The notes beneath the pieces were generated by a model that made no database searches, was not told the origin of the DNA, and saw only the letters and a list, made by a program, of their open reading frames with translations. From the NCBI GenBank assembly GCA_965644265.1, contig OZ286469.1, forward strand, positions 38,130,001-38,194,000: a DNA stretch of 64,000 nt, given 5' to 3'. Numbering within the stretch: the stretch's first letter is position 1; every line of letters starts with the position of its first letter. Below, piece after piece: positions 62,587-64,000 of the stretch. The position numbers and the translations under genes were made by a program. The stretch is from Glycera tridactyla (taxonomy: Eukaryota).

Positions 62587-64000
62587 TACCATACACTCCC
62601 ATATTCTGAACTCTACTTGATCTTCCTTTGATTGACCACCGTAAGCTTTGCTGTACCACAGAGTTGATGAACATGTTAGTTCAGAATATCCACAAACTTG
62701 GTTATTTTCGCTTGCAACACTGCCTAAAGTGATGAAAATGGACCAAGAACAAGCTGTGATGAAATACTTGTGGGATTTGATGAACACTCCAGGACAATGA
62801 AGGGTGCCTCCGTGCTGTTAGCTGTGGGCATTGACTCATCCCGTTGTGAGATTTCACTTATGCCACTATGGATGCTGCTCACTTCTGCTCTCTCCAACTA
62901 TCTTTGGGGGCTCTTGATCAATAACAAGCATTGCAGTACACACATATTGGTGAAATATGGGAGTGAATTTGCCACCAATATTGCTATACTGATGGATTAT
63001 TACCTGATTGATGTTTTGCTGAAAGTTGAAGAGACCAACCAGGCAATAAAAAACTAGGAGCATCCATTTGTCAATCCATCTGTTCATCTGTATCTTTTCT
63101 TCACTTCATAGGATGCTGTATAATTGCTTTCATTTGGCCTGGCAAGTAATTTGCACTTGTTCCCAGGTTTATGCATCACAACTTTCAAAGAATCCCCATC
63201 TCACGGCAGCGGTAAGAGCAAGCGATTGTCAGGTTATGACTTAGTTCTGATCAGGATTTGATTTAGATGCCATCAAAACCTGCAGTGCACATAGACAAAG
63301 CCCACGACTTATAGAGTGCATTTGCCTTGCCCTGGCAATCTTGTCACATGGCTAAACATCCTCATATACTAGGCATATGTCTGTCTTGTTGGTAGCCAGC
63401 GTACATCATATGACCTGCAGGCATTCCAGTGAAAAACCATTGAGTCTGAGAACGATATGATCTTGGTCATTGGAGAAAATAACCTGGGAGCACTTTGATT
63501 CATTTGATGAGGTGACTGGAGAGTTCATGAACTGTTTGTGCTGTTGTCCTCATCATCATTGTCTCATGTTGTTATGTGTATAGCTTGTCATATATGTTCA
63601 TGTCTCATGTCATAGGGGAATGGAACTCCACAGGTAATTCCATTCAGATCACAATGTGTCATACTCATTTCTCATGTGGGTGAGTCGGTTTTGTATTGAC
63701 CATGTCTGTATCTCTGGATAATAGAATGCATCGAATGGATGGAAAATTGGGGTGACTTCATAGATCTGTATTCACACATATTGAAGTGAGAAAACATCAT
63801 TCAAGGACAGACTGATCAAATTCAGGAGAGGAATATATGATACATTTCTTAGCTTTTAACCCTATGTATTCTGCATTCACTTTTGAATGAGGTTCATGTC
63901 CACACAAAATCCAGTTTTGTCCAACTTCTAATGCTGTGGCACACCCATTTCTGTCCACATCTGGTGAACAGAGGAAATGACCTAAGTGGATGCATTCGTC

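Overview
Animal genomic DNA, AT-rich and repeat-dense, with seven N-gaps; probably an invertebrate bilaterian, judged from repeat style only. The only well-supported gene is a + strand KChIP/KCNIP-family neuronal calcium sensor (Kv4 channel-interacting protein/calsenilin-like). Two internal exons are visible: 30689-30813 (..HDLDDLEMQVVRYKPEGLDALCRNTKFSRKEIQIMYRGFKQ) and 43690-43759 ([23 protein letters not shown]). They are joined in frame across a 12.9-kb GT-AG intron. I could not securely locate the first exon(s) or the downstream EF-hand exons, so most of the window is probably intron or upstream sequence of this gene. The remainder is non-autonomous mobile DNA and tandem repeats: a 2.0-kb TTAA-flanked piggyBac-like element, DINE-1/HINE-like (Helentron-associated) elements, several TA-flanked CAGT MITE families, a Tc2/pogo-like element, CAGGG- and CAGTCTTC-ended elements, a fold-back family, two LINE 3' fragments, SINE-like 3' ends and minisatellites. 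I found no convincing novel protein-coding system. The most interesting observations are nesting and derivation relationships among the repeats, plus a few speculative KChIP alternative-exon candidates. All coordinates and alignments were read by eye.
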